NCBI GenBank assembly: GCA_964016885.1
Contig: OZ024743.1
Span: 79,670,001-79,734,000 of the forward strand
Direction of reading: 5' to 3'
DNA length: 64,000 nt
DNA from: Eledone cirrhosa
Lineage: Eukaryota
The notes beneath the pieces were generated by a model that saw nothing but the letters and a program-made list of their open reading frames with translations, had not been told where the DNA came from and ran no database searches. Each line of letters begins with the position of its first letter. Positions within the stretch are counted from its first letter, which is position 1. Positions 44,795-61,579 of the stretch are shown here, piece after piece. The translations under genes were made by a program, and so were the position numbers.

Positions 44795-44902
44795 GGGATA
44801 CATGATATGAAGCTTAAAAAACACTTGTGAATAGTGAAATTTTAAATCAACATATTAAATCACTATTCACAAGTGTTTTTTAAGCTTCATATCATGTATC
44901 TC

Positions 44903-44973
44903 TATTTTATCTGATGAGAACGCAGATATCATCCCATGATGATATTTGTTTTTGAAATGCGCATAATAAAATA
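44903..44973 (+). ncRNA. Type I hammerhead, right arm of palindrome 44696-45000
   Basis: UAUUUUAU-CUGAUGA-long stem II (CAGAUAUCAUC/GAUGAUAUUUG)-GAAA-UGCGCA-UA-AUAAAAUA; 8-bp stem I, palindromic AUGCGCAU, AUA triplet. Confidence 0.9.
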
Positions 44974-45096
44974 CTTGGAACTCTTTTACCATCTTTTGAT
45001 ATTATATTATTTATACTCCAGTCCTACAAACTGTAGAGTGCTACTTATCCGATATTTGCATTGCTTTATTGTGCTACAATAAAACTCACCTCCTAC

Positions 45097-45141
<45 letters not shown>

Positions 45142-45680
45142 ATGTATCTGTGTGTGTTCGTATGTAGGATGTATGTATCTATATGTACGTACTAACGTAT
45201 GCATACATGTATGTACATATGTATATCTACCTATCTGTTTACACAAACACACACACACACAAACACACGCACAAACACACACACACACACACACACATAC
45301 AAACACACACATACACAACGCACAAACACACACACACACACGCAACTGTGTAACCATCATAGTCTTTCAGTGGTCCTTAGAAATGCTTGATGGTCCCTCT
45401 GTCCAAGCGCCAAGCCCAGTACTAAGTTTAGACACCCAACAGAAGTAGGTACCGGGGTGTAGCTAAAATAGGTCTCGGAACTAAAAGCGAGGATCAGATG
45501 AGAACTAATGCACGAATCTGTCACTCAGGTTGCCGTTGCTGGACACGAACGTATTCTCTCTACCAGAACATCCCGAAGACCCGAAGAAGTAAGCATTTTG
45601 AAGTACTTAGAATTGACCCTGATCAAAGACAGTTCATTTTAAAACGACTGGCTGTACTGGTTCCGAGACCCTGATAATGA

Positions 45681-45853
45681 TAATTGTTTCTACTTTTTGG
45701 CACAAGGCCAGCAATTACGCAGTACATTACTGGTACTTTATTTTATCGACCTCGTAAGGATGAAAGGCAAAGTTAACCTCCGCGGGATTTGAACTCAGAT
45801 CGTGAAGGGACGTAACTATGTCTGACCCTCAACCGATACTGTTAATTCAGCGA
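45681..45853 (-). mobile_element. SINE family A
   Basis: Homology to the other copies; ACCCTGATAATGATAAT direct repeat on both sides (TSD-like). Confidence 0.85.
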
Positions 45854-45874
45854 CCCTGATAATGATAATGATGA

Positions 45875-45925
<51 letters not shown>

Positions 45926-45987
45926 CAAAAAGAGTGGGAAAGAGAAAGAAAATATAAGAAAGTGAGTGTGAAAGAGAAAGAGACAAA

Positions 45988-46074
<87 letters not shown>

Positions 46075-46792
46075 AAGTAGCAAGCGAAAAATAAGAAAAA
46101 CTCATGGGACAAAAGAAGAAACGGATCCAACTACCTCATCAGCCAAACTTTGGACATACAATTTCATGCATAAGGGAAGGATTACATATTATGAATTCGA
46201 GGTTGGGCGAACACTTAAACCAACCAACAGAAAGGTATTTTAGGATAACACAACATACAAGCAGAGGAACCAACAGAGTGACATGTAGCTAAGATAGCAC
46301 AGGGAATAGACAGATGTAAACACATATAAAGTCTTACCTCTGGAAACATCGCAGGTTACTTACTCTGCTGGCAAATTGTGCAATCGGTAACGTACGAAGG
46401 GAAATATCACTTTCGAGAATGAGTGAGTGAGAAAAGGAGAGAGGGAGAAAGAAAGAGAAAGTTGTCGATCAATGAAGGAGCGAATGGCGTTAAAGAAATG
46501 ACAAACAGCAACGTTACACACCACAGAATACGAAACATACGGAACGAAACGAAAACAGGTATCCATCTTGCCAGCATTTCTACGATTTTGCGTTTCATTT
46601 CGCTTTCTACCAGCCGAAATACGATTCTGGCGGAATTATATATATATATATATATATATATATGGAAAGTTATATTTAAATTGTTGGGTTACAACTAGTA
46701 AATATTTATAACTGATATAAAAGCACTCAACAAGTATTTGGAGTATATTTACGATATTAAATAAAAGGAAACTATATTTATAAAACCATATT

Positions 46793-46858
46793 TATTTCAT
46801 TATATATATTTCAGGGATATCATATTAACAATATGTTATGCCTTCTTCAGACAAAATA
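46793..46858 (-). ncRNA. Type I hammerhead, left arm of palindrome 46745-47125
   Basis: Reverse complement of 47011-47076. Confidence 0.82.
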
Positions 46859-47010
46859 CAATATAGACAGTTTTATAAATAAATAGATTTGACATACCGT
46901 TCAACATCGACTTGTATTTGAAAAGTCTGGACTGCCAAATCAACTTTTCAAATACAAGTCGATGTTGAACGGTATGTCAAATCTATTTATTTATAAAACT
47001 TTCTATATTG

Positions 47011-47076
47011 TATTTTGTCTGAAGAAGGCATAACATATTGTTAATATGATATCCCTGAAATATATATAATGAAATA
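47011..47076 (+). ncRNA. Type I hammerhead, right arm of palindrome 46745-47125
   Basis: UAUUUUGU-CUGAAGA-AGG..CAUAUU-guu-AAUAUG..CCU-GAAA-UAUAUA-UA-AUGAAAUA. Confidence 0.85.
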
Positions 47077-47117
47077 AATATGGTTTTATAAATATAGTTT
47101 CCATTTATTTAATATCG

Positions 47118-47152
<35 letters not shown>

Positions 47153-47155
47153 ATA

Positions 47156-47365
<210 letters not shown>

Positions 47366-47387
47366 TATATAAATATATATATATATA

Positions 47388-47511
47388 AAAAGAAAAAGAG
47401 ATGAAATCGAAAATGCAACTGGAGTCTTATTTTTTTTTAACCAAATAAATATATATATTTAAAAAAAAAATAAGACTCCAGTTGCATTTTCGATTTCATC
47501 TCTTTTTCTTT
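47388..47511. repeat. Inverted repeat with about 52-bp arms
   Basis: AAAGAAAAAGAGATGAAATCG...TCTTATTTT and its reverse complement. Confidence 0.85.
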
Positions 47512-47569
47512 ATACTTTCACTCGTGTAGGACAGCTCGGTTATTTTTCAATTTGTAAAAAAAACCTCCC

Positions 47570-47615
<46 letters not shown>

Positions 47616-47616
47616 G

Positions 47617-51458
<3,842 letters not shown>

Positions 51459-51466
51459 ATATATAC

Positions 51467-51853
<387 letters not shown>

Positions 51854-51922
51854 TTGTATGGCTCGGAAAAGCTTTTTTCTTAGAGCTATTTAATTGTAAG
51901 AGACTACACGGAGTTCTTAACT

Positions 51923-51973
<51 letters not shown>

Positions 51974-51974
51974 A

Positions 51975-54539
51975 GAGAAGGGAACTGTTTAGACTGTCGG
52001 AGAAATGGGCCAATGCTGGCTGTCAAATTATTTTCCTGAAACGCTGCCTAAAAAACGATGTTATCCCCAACACCATCAGGAACATCCGCTTAACAGTAAG
52101 CCTACGTACACCAGCCTTCCAAAACATCACTAACCGCATACATCGCACGTGTATTAAACAGATCGTGAGACATCTCAACCGTCAATTACACGTCCATAAA
52201 CGGACAGTCTCAGAGCGGACACATCGACTGCCAATAGCACCCGGGGAATTGCTCCTGAAAATCACTAAAGCAATCGACCAGTGCTACCACTCCAGAGTCC
52301 AATACGAGAAAAAACGGCTCAAGCGAAAATATGAGTGGATCTTGTCGAAACGCCACAACGAGAACATCGACACTAACGAACAGACCGACCAGAACCACGT
52401 GGGAAACAACAACTTAACATCCGCCACCGCCGCATCCACCAACACCGAGCCATACCTCAACGATGCGACGCACCTGGTCAGCGACCTAACCGGCACTCTC
52501 ACGAGCGACGAGCTGAAACTCCTACACCTCGGACCCAAGTTCATCGTCTGACAACGTCTCGACGACAGACTCAAACTCAACATCGAGGCCAACTTTTGTC
52601 GAGCCGCTTACCAATTTAAATGGGCGACCGCCATCAACAGCGCCACAGAAAATAACAGCGCCCACGCAACCCACCCCAAGTTCCCCACTTACCACCCCGA
52701 CAACCCACTCCACTCCCCACCCACCAACCACGAACTCGACACTAAACTCATCAGGCTAAAACACTCCATCTCGGATATACTTCACAAACACACACACACA
52801 CACGCACAACACATAACCTCACCAAATTTCAACTCACCACTCTCTCCAACCTAAAATCGAAGAACCTCATCTATCTCCCCTCCGACAAGGGAAAATAATT
52901 CTGCGTCATCAGCAGAGAGGCCTACAACACCCTGGCCCTCCAACACCTTGACGATGACAACCTCTACTCCAAGGTCACGGGAATCACTCCCGCGCAGATA
53001 GAAGAGCACATCAACGCCGCCTGGACCAACATCTGCGACCGGCGGAAGCTCCCGAAGAAGCTGAGATACAACCTCCTCACGAGGAACAGCAGACTACCCG
53101 CCTTCTACCACCTCGTGAAAACACACAAACAGGGACCCGACCTGAAGATCAGGCCCATCGTATCGAGCGTGGAGGGACCACTCTACAAAATTTCATGGCT
53201 CCTAGCCAGGATACTCAAACCCATCTTAGACACCTTGCCGGGACACGTTAACAGCTCCGAGGAGGTGTTGAAGCGCCTGCATCAAATGGATCCCGACACC
53301 AGAAGGAATAACAGATATGCCTTCAGCCTTGATGTAGTCGCTCTCTACACCTCGGTCCCGGCACTCCCGGCCGTCAATATACTGATGGAACGCATCCAAT
53401 CCATCGACCTACACTGCTTCGGGCTCACCACCACTGACATCCACCAACTCCTATCCATCGTCGTCGACAACACCTACTTCGGATTCCTTGACCAAACATA
53501 CCAACAAACCTCGGGATTGCCCATGGAATCAAGCCTGTCGGGTGTGCTAGCGATCTCTTACATGGACAACCTTGAGCGCAAGGCACTCAACGCCTGCCAC
53601 CCCGGCGCCGTAGTCTTTTTCTCAAGGTACGTGGACGATATCCTCATCCTCACATCTTCCCAAGACACGGCGAACAGAATCTATGAGACGTTCAACAACA
53701 CGGACGAGAACATTGACTTCAGTGTTGAACACCCCAACGAAGACGGGTCACTTGCCCTCCTCGACTTCTGAATTAACATCACGGAACAGGGAAGGATCCA
53801 CTGCAACTTCTACCGAAAGGCAGCCTGCAGGGACCTGTTCGTCCACTACAAGTCCGCCCTCCCTAACAGTGCCAAAAGAGGATACATCACGAACGAGATC
53901 GCGCGAATCAAAAACAGATGCAGTGATCCCGCGAGTGGTGTCACTCATACCAAGCGATTCCTCGAGGTGCTGAAGACGAACGGGTACCCTACGTCGCTCA
54001 CAGACAGAATAGGAGACACCAGACACAAGAGACAGAGAGGCACCCAAGGCAAGTGCTTCCTTAAAATGCCACACCTGGGCGAGAATACCACCAACGCTAT
54101 CCGCAAAGCTATACGGAGGGAGGGCCTCGACATCCACCTGGCCCACTCGGGCCCCTCCCTGCGAAGATGCCTCTCCAGGAAACCCGGGAAATCTACTAAC
54201 GCATGCTCCCTCAGAGACTGCTCGATACGCCATGCAAACTGTTGCCTACGCACATACGTCGTGTATAAGATAGAATGTGACAGGTGCAACCAATACTACA
54301 TAGGTAGCACAATCCGACCTTTGCACATCCGGATCAAGGAACACACTAAAACCAGGGCCTCGTCTTTCCGCAAACACATAGACAAATGCGGAAACAAAGA
54401 CGGAAGGCCCATTGTCACATTTCTAGCGACTGAAAGAAACGTCGGCACGTTACGTATCAAGGAAGCACTTTTTATCAAACTCCTGCACCCGCAAATAAAC
54501 AATCGATCCGAGAGAAGCGAAATGAGATGGCTGGTTTAA
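51975..54539 (+). pseudogene. Near-full-length Penelope-like element ORF (RT plus C-terminal GIY-YIG), disrupted
   Basis: FLKRC..VIP; LHLGPKF; PSDKG; KTHK..IRPIVS; FSLDVVALYTSVP; GLPMESSLS; RYVDDIL; FYRK; VVYKIEC..C.QYYIGSTIRPLHIRIKEH; EALFI..LHPQIN. Stops near 52549, 52896 and 53769 plus a frameshift near the (CA)n at about 52800. Confidence 0.93.
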
Positions 54540-54885
54540 GTTAACAAACGATGCAGCAACACACGCACACAGTAGCATTCCACCATACGAACATGCTACA
54601 CTGCCAATACAGAGGAACAAGGCAACAACACACGCACACACACACCCAAGCGAGACAACAACACATGCACACACACACACAGTAACATTTAACAAACAGG
54701 CAGAGAATGGACTGACAGCTAGCGCCACCCCACGCCCTCATTCGGCCGCTGACCTCTGCCCGACCGACCCCATTTCTCGCGCACGCGCGCTCTGCTGAAT
54801 ACCTCAGATATTGAAAACAACAAACAGCGGAGGACGCGTTTCGCATCTTTCCGACAGATAACCTTTCCCCCACCCCGGAAAAAAA

Positions 54886-54921
54886 CCCCAGTTGATGGAT
54901 GTGAATCCGAAATATATAGGG
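54886..54921 (+). ncRNA. Decayed minimal hammerhead in the 3' pLTR of the PLE (core CAGUUGA)
   Basis: CCC-CAGUUGA-U-GGAU-guga-AUCC-GAAA-UAUA-UA-GGG. Confidence 0.65.
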
Positions 54922-55219
54922 ACAATTAAATCTCTCCCAAGGTAACTCTCTCTCGTGTTGTTATTTTTATTTTATCCTTTATACTCTTTCCTTCATTCTT
55001 CTACACGTCTTATACACACCACGCATCTCAACGTACACCCACTTACATCTCTCTCTCTACCACCGGATCTTGTTACCCGGAGATTTACCCATTTGCATTG
55101 TCGAGGCTTCCAAACGACTTAAAGATATTTACATATATATATCTTTTAGACCTGTATTAGTTGGAGTGAGGTCATATATTTTGTCGTTCCTGGGGTTTTT
55201 AACCCTAGGACAGGAAAAT

Positions 55220-55299
55220 GCTTCTCTGATGATCGTTGCTTTTCCATTAATATCCTCGTGATATTTAATGTTTTGCACGTGAAACTGTACAGTTAGAGC
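55220..55299 (+). ncRNA. Type I hammerhead with long stem II
   Basis: GCUUCU-CUGAUGA-U-CGUUGC..CAUUAAUAUC-loop-GAUAUUUAAUG..GCACG-U-GAAA-CUGUACAG-UU-AGAGC. Confidence 0.78.
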
Positions 55300-55413
55300 C
55301 ATTTGAATAGGTAAATATTTATATTATATTTTTTAATTTTGATTAATTTTAATTGTATATTAATTTTGATTTATTTTGAAAAATTGGTTGAATTTTACTT
55401 GTTCTGCTTATCT

Positions 55414-55462
<49 letters not shown>

Positions 55463-55646
55463 AAAAGAGTCAGGACCCCGACGGCTGTGCTCCGGCCGTT
55501 TCGACAGCTATTTCTGAACATGTTCAGAAATAGCTGTCGAAACGGCCTGATTCTTTTCTTATTACCCACCCTACTACCCTTCTCTTGTGCATTATGGTCC
55601 ACCTGGTTCCTTTCACACTTCCTTCGTTGTATATGTCTATATATAC

Positions 55647-55712
<66 letters not shown>

Positions 55713-55759
55713 ATTAGAATTGGAGGTAGTGTATTGCAAAATACATTATATATACATCC

Positions 55760-55860
<101 letters not shown>

Positions 55861-55963
55861 CAGAAGGGATATACAATTTGTTGGTAATTCAACAAATATA
55901 AATGTTTATAACTGATTCAGAGCACTCGACAAGTTTCTGGAGTATAATATTTAATATCATTGA

Positions 55964-56001
<38 letters not shown>

Positions 56002-56579
56002 TTGTGTGTCTGTGTGTGTGTGTGTGTGTTTATAATAAAAAATAACACTTATATGAAGAGACATTACAATTGGATTAACAATGTATGCCCTTAATTGGAC
56101 AAACCACACCCCATGGTGATACAGCCAGTTAACCAGTAAGGCCTCCGGCAATCAGTACAGAAGTAACTTTTGAAACGGCAAGAGCTCAGCCGTCGGGGTC
56201 CTGACTCTTATATATATATAAACAATATGAATGCACACATGTTTACACCCGGCCATGTTTATGCGTGTAAATTAAAGTGCACATGCGAGTGCACATGCGC
56301 GCGCGCCTTTGTCGATGTGTGTGTGAGTGGAGTGTGTGTGTGTGTGGAGTGTGAGTGTGAAAGGGTGTTTCAATGAGTGCGTGTAAGTGACAGTTGATCA
56401 AATAAGACTGTGTCTATAATTTAATTTCCGGTGACTTTACACTCAAAACCAATGCTATTGATTCCTGTTCCACTAGTCATTCTTCAGTACTTCAAATATA
56501 TTTCACACACACACACACACATATATACACACACAAACAGACAGACACACACACACACACACATACACACATACTAGTA

Positions 56580-56636
<57 letters not shown>

Positions 56637-56678
56637 GTCTATCCATCTATCTCCCTACCTACCTACCCATCAACCTAC

Positions 56679-56756
<78 letters not shown>

Positions 56757-56761
56757 CTATC

Positions 56762-58503
56762 TTGCGTTCCATCCGTCAGGGATGCCCTCTCTCCTCCATT
56801 CTGTATGTACTGACTCTCGAGTCGTTACTGCGGAAGTTGGAGCTGTTGCAGCGCATCCTGATCGAAACAGGACTGCGGAAAGCAGCATCAGCCTATGCCG
56901 ACGGCATAACCGTAATGGTGTCGAAAACCTCGGAAATCAGGGTAATCGGCAACCTATTACAGGAATACGAAACGTTGACAGGAGCAAGACTAAACACAAA
57001 CAAGTCTGTCGGTTTGCAACTCGGCACACGGAGAGGCAAGCCCATGCCTTCCGACAGTGCCGTTGGACGCTGGACGGAAGGACCGGTGAAATTGCTCGGG
57101 GTCTGGTTCGGTCCAGACCTCCAGGTGGACAAGAACTGGAACGAGGTCACGGCGAAGGTGTTTGCACTTACCCAGAAGTGGGCTGAGTGCAAACTCTCCT
57201 TGAAAGGTCGAGCGGAGGTGGTGAACACTTACATAGCGTCCGTCATCTACTACCGCTTGACAGTCGTGCCTTTCCCCCGCGAATATCTTATCAAAATGGA
57301 ACGCCTACTCTTCAAGTTCCTTTGGAAGAAACAGGCTCCATAGGTGAGGAGATCCATCTGCTGTCAACACCATTCTAACGGAGGGCTGGGCAAGCCGTGG
57401 CTGATGATCCGCAAACATGCGCTGAGGCTACGTCATCTCCAGGTATTCCTGACCGGTGAACCGATGTGGCTGTCGTTTGTGAGACAAGCCCTTCCATAAC
57501 TCGTCTCACTAACAGAGCTGCAGTCCTGAGTCAAGCGAAGACCGAAAATGCCTACAGGCGCTCACAGCCCTCTACCAAACGGAAACGGCAATAAGCGGAG
57601 ACTCCTCTTCGACATTCTATAGGGGATTAGTGGAGGATAAGTGCGACGACGTTCTCGGGGAAACTCTAGGCATCGAGGAGGACGAACTGACCAGTCTGTT
57701 CGGGAGGACTTTCGTCCAGGGCCGAAGGTTAACTTCCAGAGGTCTCTGGCCTGGCAGTGCTACCGAGGAGCTCTACCAGTTCGAGACAAAATCTACAGGC
57801 ACGGACGCCCTGGCAGAGATCCTGCCAAAAGAACCTGTCCAAGATGCGAGCAGAACATCGAAACCGTTCTGCGCGCAATTGTTCAGTGCCCAGGGGTGAC
57901 CGACCCGTGGAATTATGTCGAACAGCTGCTATCATATGTGGGACGCATCCAGTTGTCAGCCGAGTCCATCGTGAGTATCACCCCGCCGCCTTCATTTAAG
58001 AACGAAGGAGAGGCGGTCTTCCTCTGTCTGGTGGCTATGGCGAAAGAGGTGATATGGTGGACGAGGTTAAAAGGAGTGAGGGCAAACACTTTTCTCTCCG
58101 GAAAACAACTTATCCCCTTCTTTAAGTATCACTTCAGAAGGAAGGTGGGAGTGGAGAGAGATGTGCTACACCCCAGTAAATTCGCTGAAAGGTGGGTGAA
58201 TGTGGCAAAAATGGCCCGAGTGAATGACCTTCTCTGTATATAAACCTGTAGGTTGAGGAAGATAAACAGAGGGAAGACAGGAACACCTACAAAACGTGTT
58301 CCTGGTGTTGAGGGTTGTTCTATCTACGTGGTGTAAAACAACCTTGCAGTAACGTTTCCCCCTATTGGGGATTTCGATTGTTATTTTATTATATATATAG
58401 TTTATTGTTATTTATTAATGTTAATTTTATTTTTATGTAAAACCCCCGCCGTCACGTCTTGTAGTGTCCAATTTTTGTACGCCCCTGTGGCAAATAAAGA
58501 AAG
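56762..58503 (+). mobile_element. 5'-truncated Tx1/L1-clade LINE (RT plus zf-RVT-like region) within (TATC)n
   Basis: RQGCPLS, SAYADG, LNTNKS, LLGVWFG, LSLKGRAEVVN, CPRC...QC; AATAAA at the 3' end; stops and frameshifts. Confidence 0.9.
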
Positions 58504-58504
58504 A

Positions 58505-58554
<50 letters not shown>

Positions 58555-58644
58555 CCTACCTACCTATCTATTTATCTATCTATCCCTGCAAGGACATTCA
58601 AAGCCATCCTAGTAGGTATCACTAATCTTAAAATAAGCACCAAC

Positions 58645-59342
58645 AATGGTGACCACAGGACAGTTGTGTCATACACCAACACTGGTGACCTCAGGAAAGT
58701 TTCGTGTCATACACCAACACTGGTGACCACAGGACATTTCTGTGTCCTACACCAACACTGGTGGCCTCAGTTCCATGTCATACACCAACACTGGTGACCA
58801 CAGGACAGTTCTGTGTCATACACCAGCACTGGTGACCTCAGGACAGTTCTGTGTCATACACCAACACTGGTGACCTCAGTTCCATATCATACACCAACAC
58901 TGGTGACCTCAGGACAGTTCTGTGTCATACACCAACACTGGTGACCTCAGGACAGTTCTGTGTCATACACCAACACTGGTGACCCCAGGACAGTTCTGTG
59001 TCATACACCAACCCTGGTGACCTCAGGACAGCTCTGTGTCATACACCAACACTGGTGACCACAGGACAGTTCTGTGTCATACACCAACACTGGTGACCTC
59101 AGTTCTGTGTCATACACCAACACTGGTGACCTCAGGACAGCTCTGTGTCATACACCAACACTGGTGACCTCAGGACAGCTCTGTGTCATACACCAACACT
59201 GGTGACCTCAGTTCTGTGTCATACACCAACCCTGGTGACCTCAGGACAGCTCTGTGTCATACACCAACCCTGGTGACCTCAGGACAGTTCTGTGTCATAC
59301 ACCAACCCTGGTGACCTCAGGACAGCTCTGTGTCATACACCA
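58645..59342. repeat. 38-bp minisatellite (CTGTGTCATACACCAACACTGGTGACCTCAGGACAGTT) with 32-bp variants
   Basis: About 19 contiguous units, no spacers. Confidence 0.92.
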
Positions 59343-60134
59343 CGTCGATATCTATGTTTGAAAGTGTGCCATGGCTGCGTGAAGCTGGTTTCTGTTTTGC
59401 AGCCATGTAGTTTATGTCTTGTTTGACAGTAGTTGCCGAAATACAGAGGTGCAGAGATTAGTAAATTTCAGAGCACAGTCTTCGGTTCAACATGGTGGTT
59501 GGACCTGAGTCGGTTCCAACGATGAGTAGTCCAGTCTTAGGTTCAACATTGTGGTTGGACCTCCGTCGGTTCCAACGATGAGTGGTCCAGTTGTTCGAAA
59601 GACGGAGCTGCCTGCTGGTGAAATTAACGTGTAAGATGCTGAGTATTTCACCGATACTTGGGTCTATAACGTAGTTCACTAGAAACTTCAACGTCAGAGT
59701 TTGTGACGAAGCTGGCCCTTGGAATTACATAACACAATTTTGGCAGCTGATTGGACTGAAACAACATTAAGTAATGTGTCTACCTCAAGGACACAACGTT
59801 TCTAAGTCAGGAGCCCTTATGCCAGTGGGGTAGAGTGGTGTCTTGCTCAAGGAAACAACGTTTCTAAGCCAGGAGCCCTTACAGCAGCAGTCTAGAGTAG
59901 GAATGTAATTTAAAGGGATATTGAGGTGATGAAGTGTACTGACAAGCGCAGTCTGTCTATACACCTGTGGTGTTAAAAGTGCTGTAAATCCTACAGATAT
60001 TCTTGTTACAATCAGAGAGAATTCAGTAAGAGAGGAGAGAGAATGTTATTTTAGACCCTCATGACTCAGACTGTAGCTATATCACCACAATTGTCAATAA
60101 GTACCATTTTTTTGTCTATCACATTAACCAGGAT

Positions 60135-60908
60135 TATATGAGGCTTTAATAATGGTTTCTGATTTAGTACAAGTGTATTACTGGTGCTTTATATTATGGA
60201 CCTCAGGGTGTACCCCAGGATGGACCCCAAGATGGACGGCAAAGCTAACCTCGGTGGTATTGGAACTCATACCGTAAAGGACCGTAACTCTATTCTGCAA
60301 ATCATGGTGTCCGATGCTCTCCCGATTACTGCAATCCACCACCTTATATGAGGCTTTAATAATTGTTTTTACTTTTGGCACAAGGCCAGCAATTACCCAG
60401 TACATTACTGGTACTTTATTTTATCGACCCCGTAAGGATGAAAGCAAAGTTAACCACGGCGGGATTTGAACTCAAATCATAAAGGGCCGTGACTATGCTG
60501 CAAAGCATGGCGTCCGACTCTCTGCCGATACTGCCAATCCACCGCCTTTGAGCCTTTAACAATTGTTTCTACTTTTGGCACAAGGCCAGCAAATACCCAG
60601 TACATTACTGGTACTTTATTTTATCGACCCCCGTATGGATGAAAGGCAAAGTTAACCTCGGCGAGATTTGAACTCAGATCGTAAAGGGACGTAACTATGC
60701 TGGAAAGCATGTCCGACCCTCTACCGATACTGCCAATTCACCGAAATAATTGTTTCTACTTTTGGCACAAGGCCAGCAATTACCCCAGTGCATTACTGGT
60801 ACTTTATTTTATCGACCCCATAAGGATGAAAGGCAAAGTTAACCTCGGCGGGATTTGAACTCAGAATGGCAGGGGCTGTAACTCTATGCGTCTAAGCTTG
60901 GCGTCCGA
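60135..60908 (-). mobile_element. Four tandem SINE family A copies (about 60135-60345, 60357-60547, 60558-60743, 60746-60908)
   Basis: AATTGTTTCTACTTTTGGCACAAGGCCAGC...TTTGAACTC repeated; the first copy is strongly diverged. Confidence 0.85.
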
Positions 60909-61579
60909 CAATCAAAACTGATAGTTGTGTTGAGCGTCATCTAAATATATTTGTGAAATTACACTGTAGAGAAATGAAGGAGAAATTTCTGAGAAACCTC
61001 ATTATGTCCTGTCATATATCTAGTATTCTCGTAATTTGCTCCATTTTAATTGCAATATCTGCACCGGAATTTTACGACTGTACAATCATTATAACACCAG
61101 AGTCTTTTGGAAAGGAAAACCTTTTCTATTCTAATGAAGGAACTGTCAATGTTTTGAAGCCCTTCCAATCAACACAGCTGCTCCTTCCTACCTTACAGTG
61201 ACGGGGCTTCCATACTCACATGTTTAACTGACATCACTTCTATTCCTGATTATACTTTTCATTTGTTCAATATTCTCTCTGGCTTCTCAGGCAGATAAAC
61301 ATTTTCTACTTTCTGTTTTATTTGAAAACATTCCGCTAAAATCATTTTCACTTTTATACAAGCAAATATAAAATCTCTTTTCTCAGATGGCTGACATACG
61401 ATGGGTTGCTGAAATGTTCCTGGCTTTAGTGGTATTGCGAAGGCCTGGTTTGAGACCCAAACTTCAGAGTTCTTTTTACACGGCTTAGGAAAACTGTGTG
61501 AATCTGAGAGAGGAATATACTGAATAAAATCATAATTAATTTATTCTCCTGTATTTTCCTTTACCCAAATCCAGGGACC

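Noticed and set aside
52549-53771. In-frame TGA codons in the PLE ORF as selenocysteine (as in some Naiad PLEs)
   Set aside because: The contexts fit CGA>TGA decay, a TAA and a frameshift are also present, and no SECIS was recognised.
58645-59342. CRISPR-like appearance of the 38-bp hairpin repeats
   Set aside because: No unique spacers, no cas genes, eukaryotic context.
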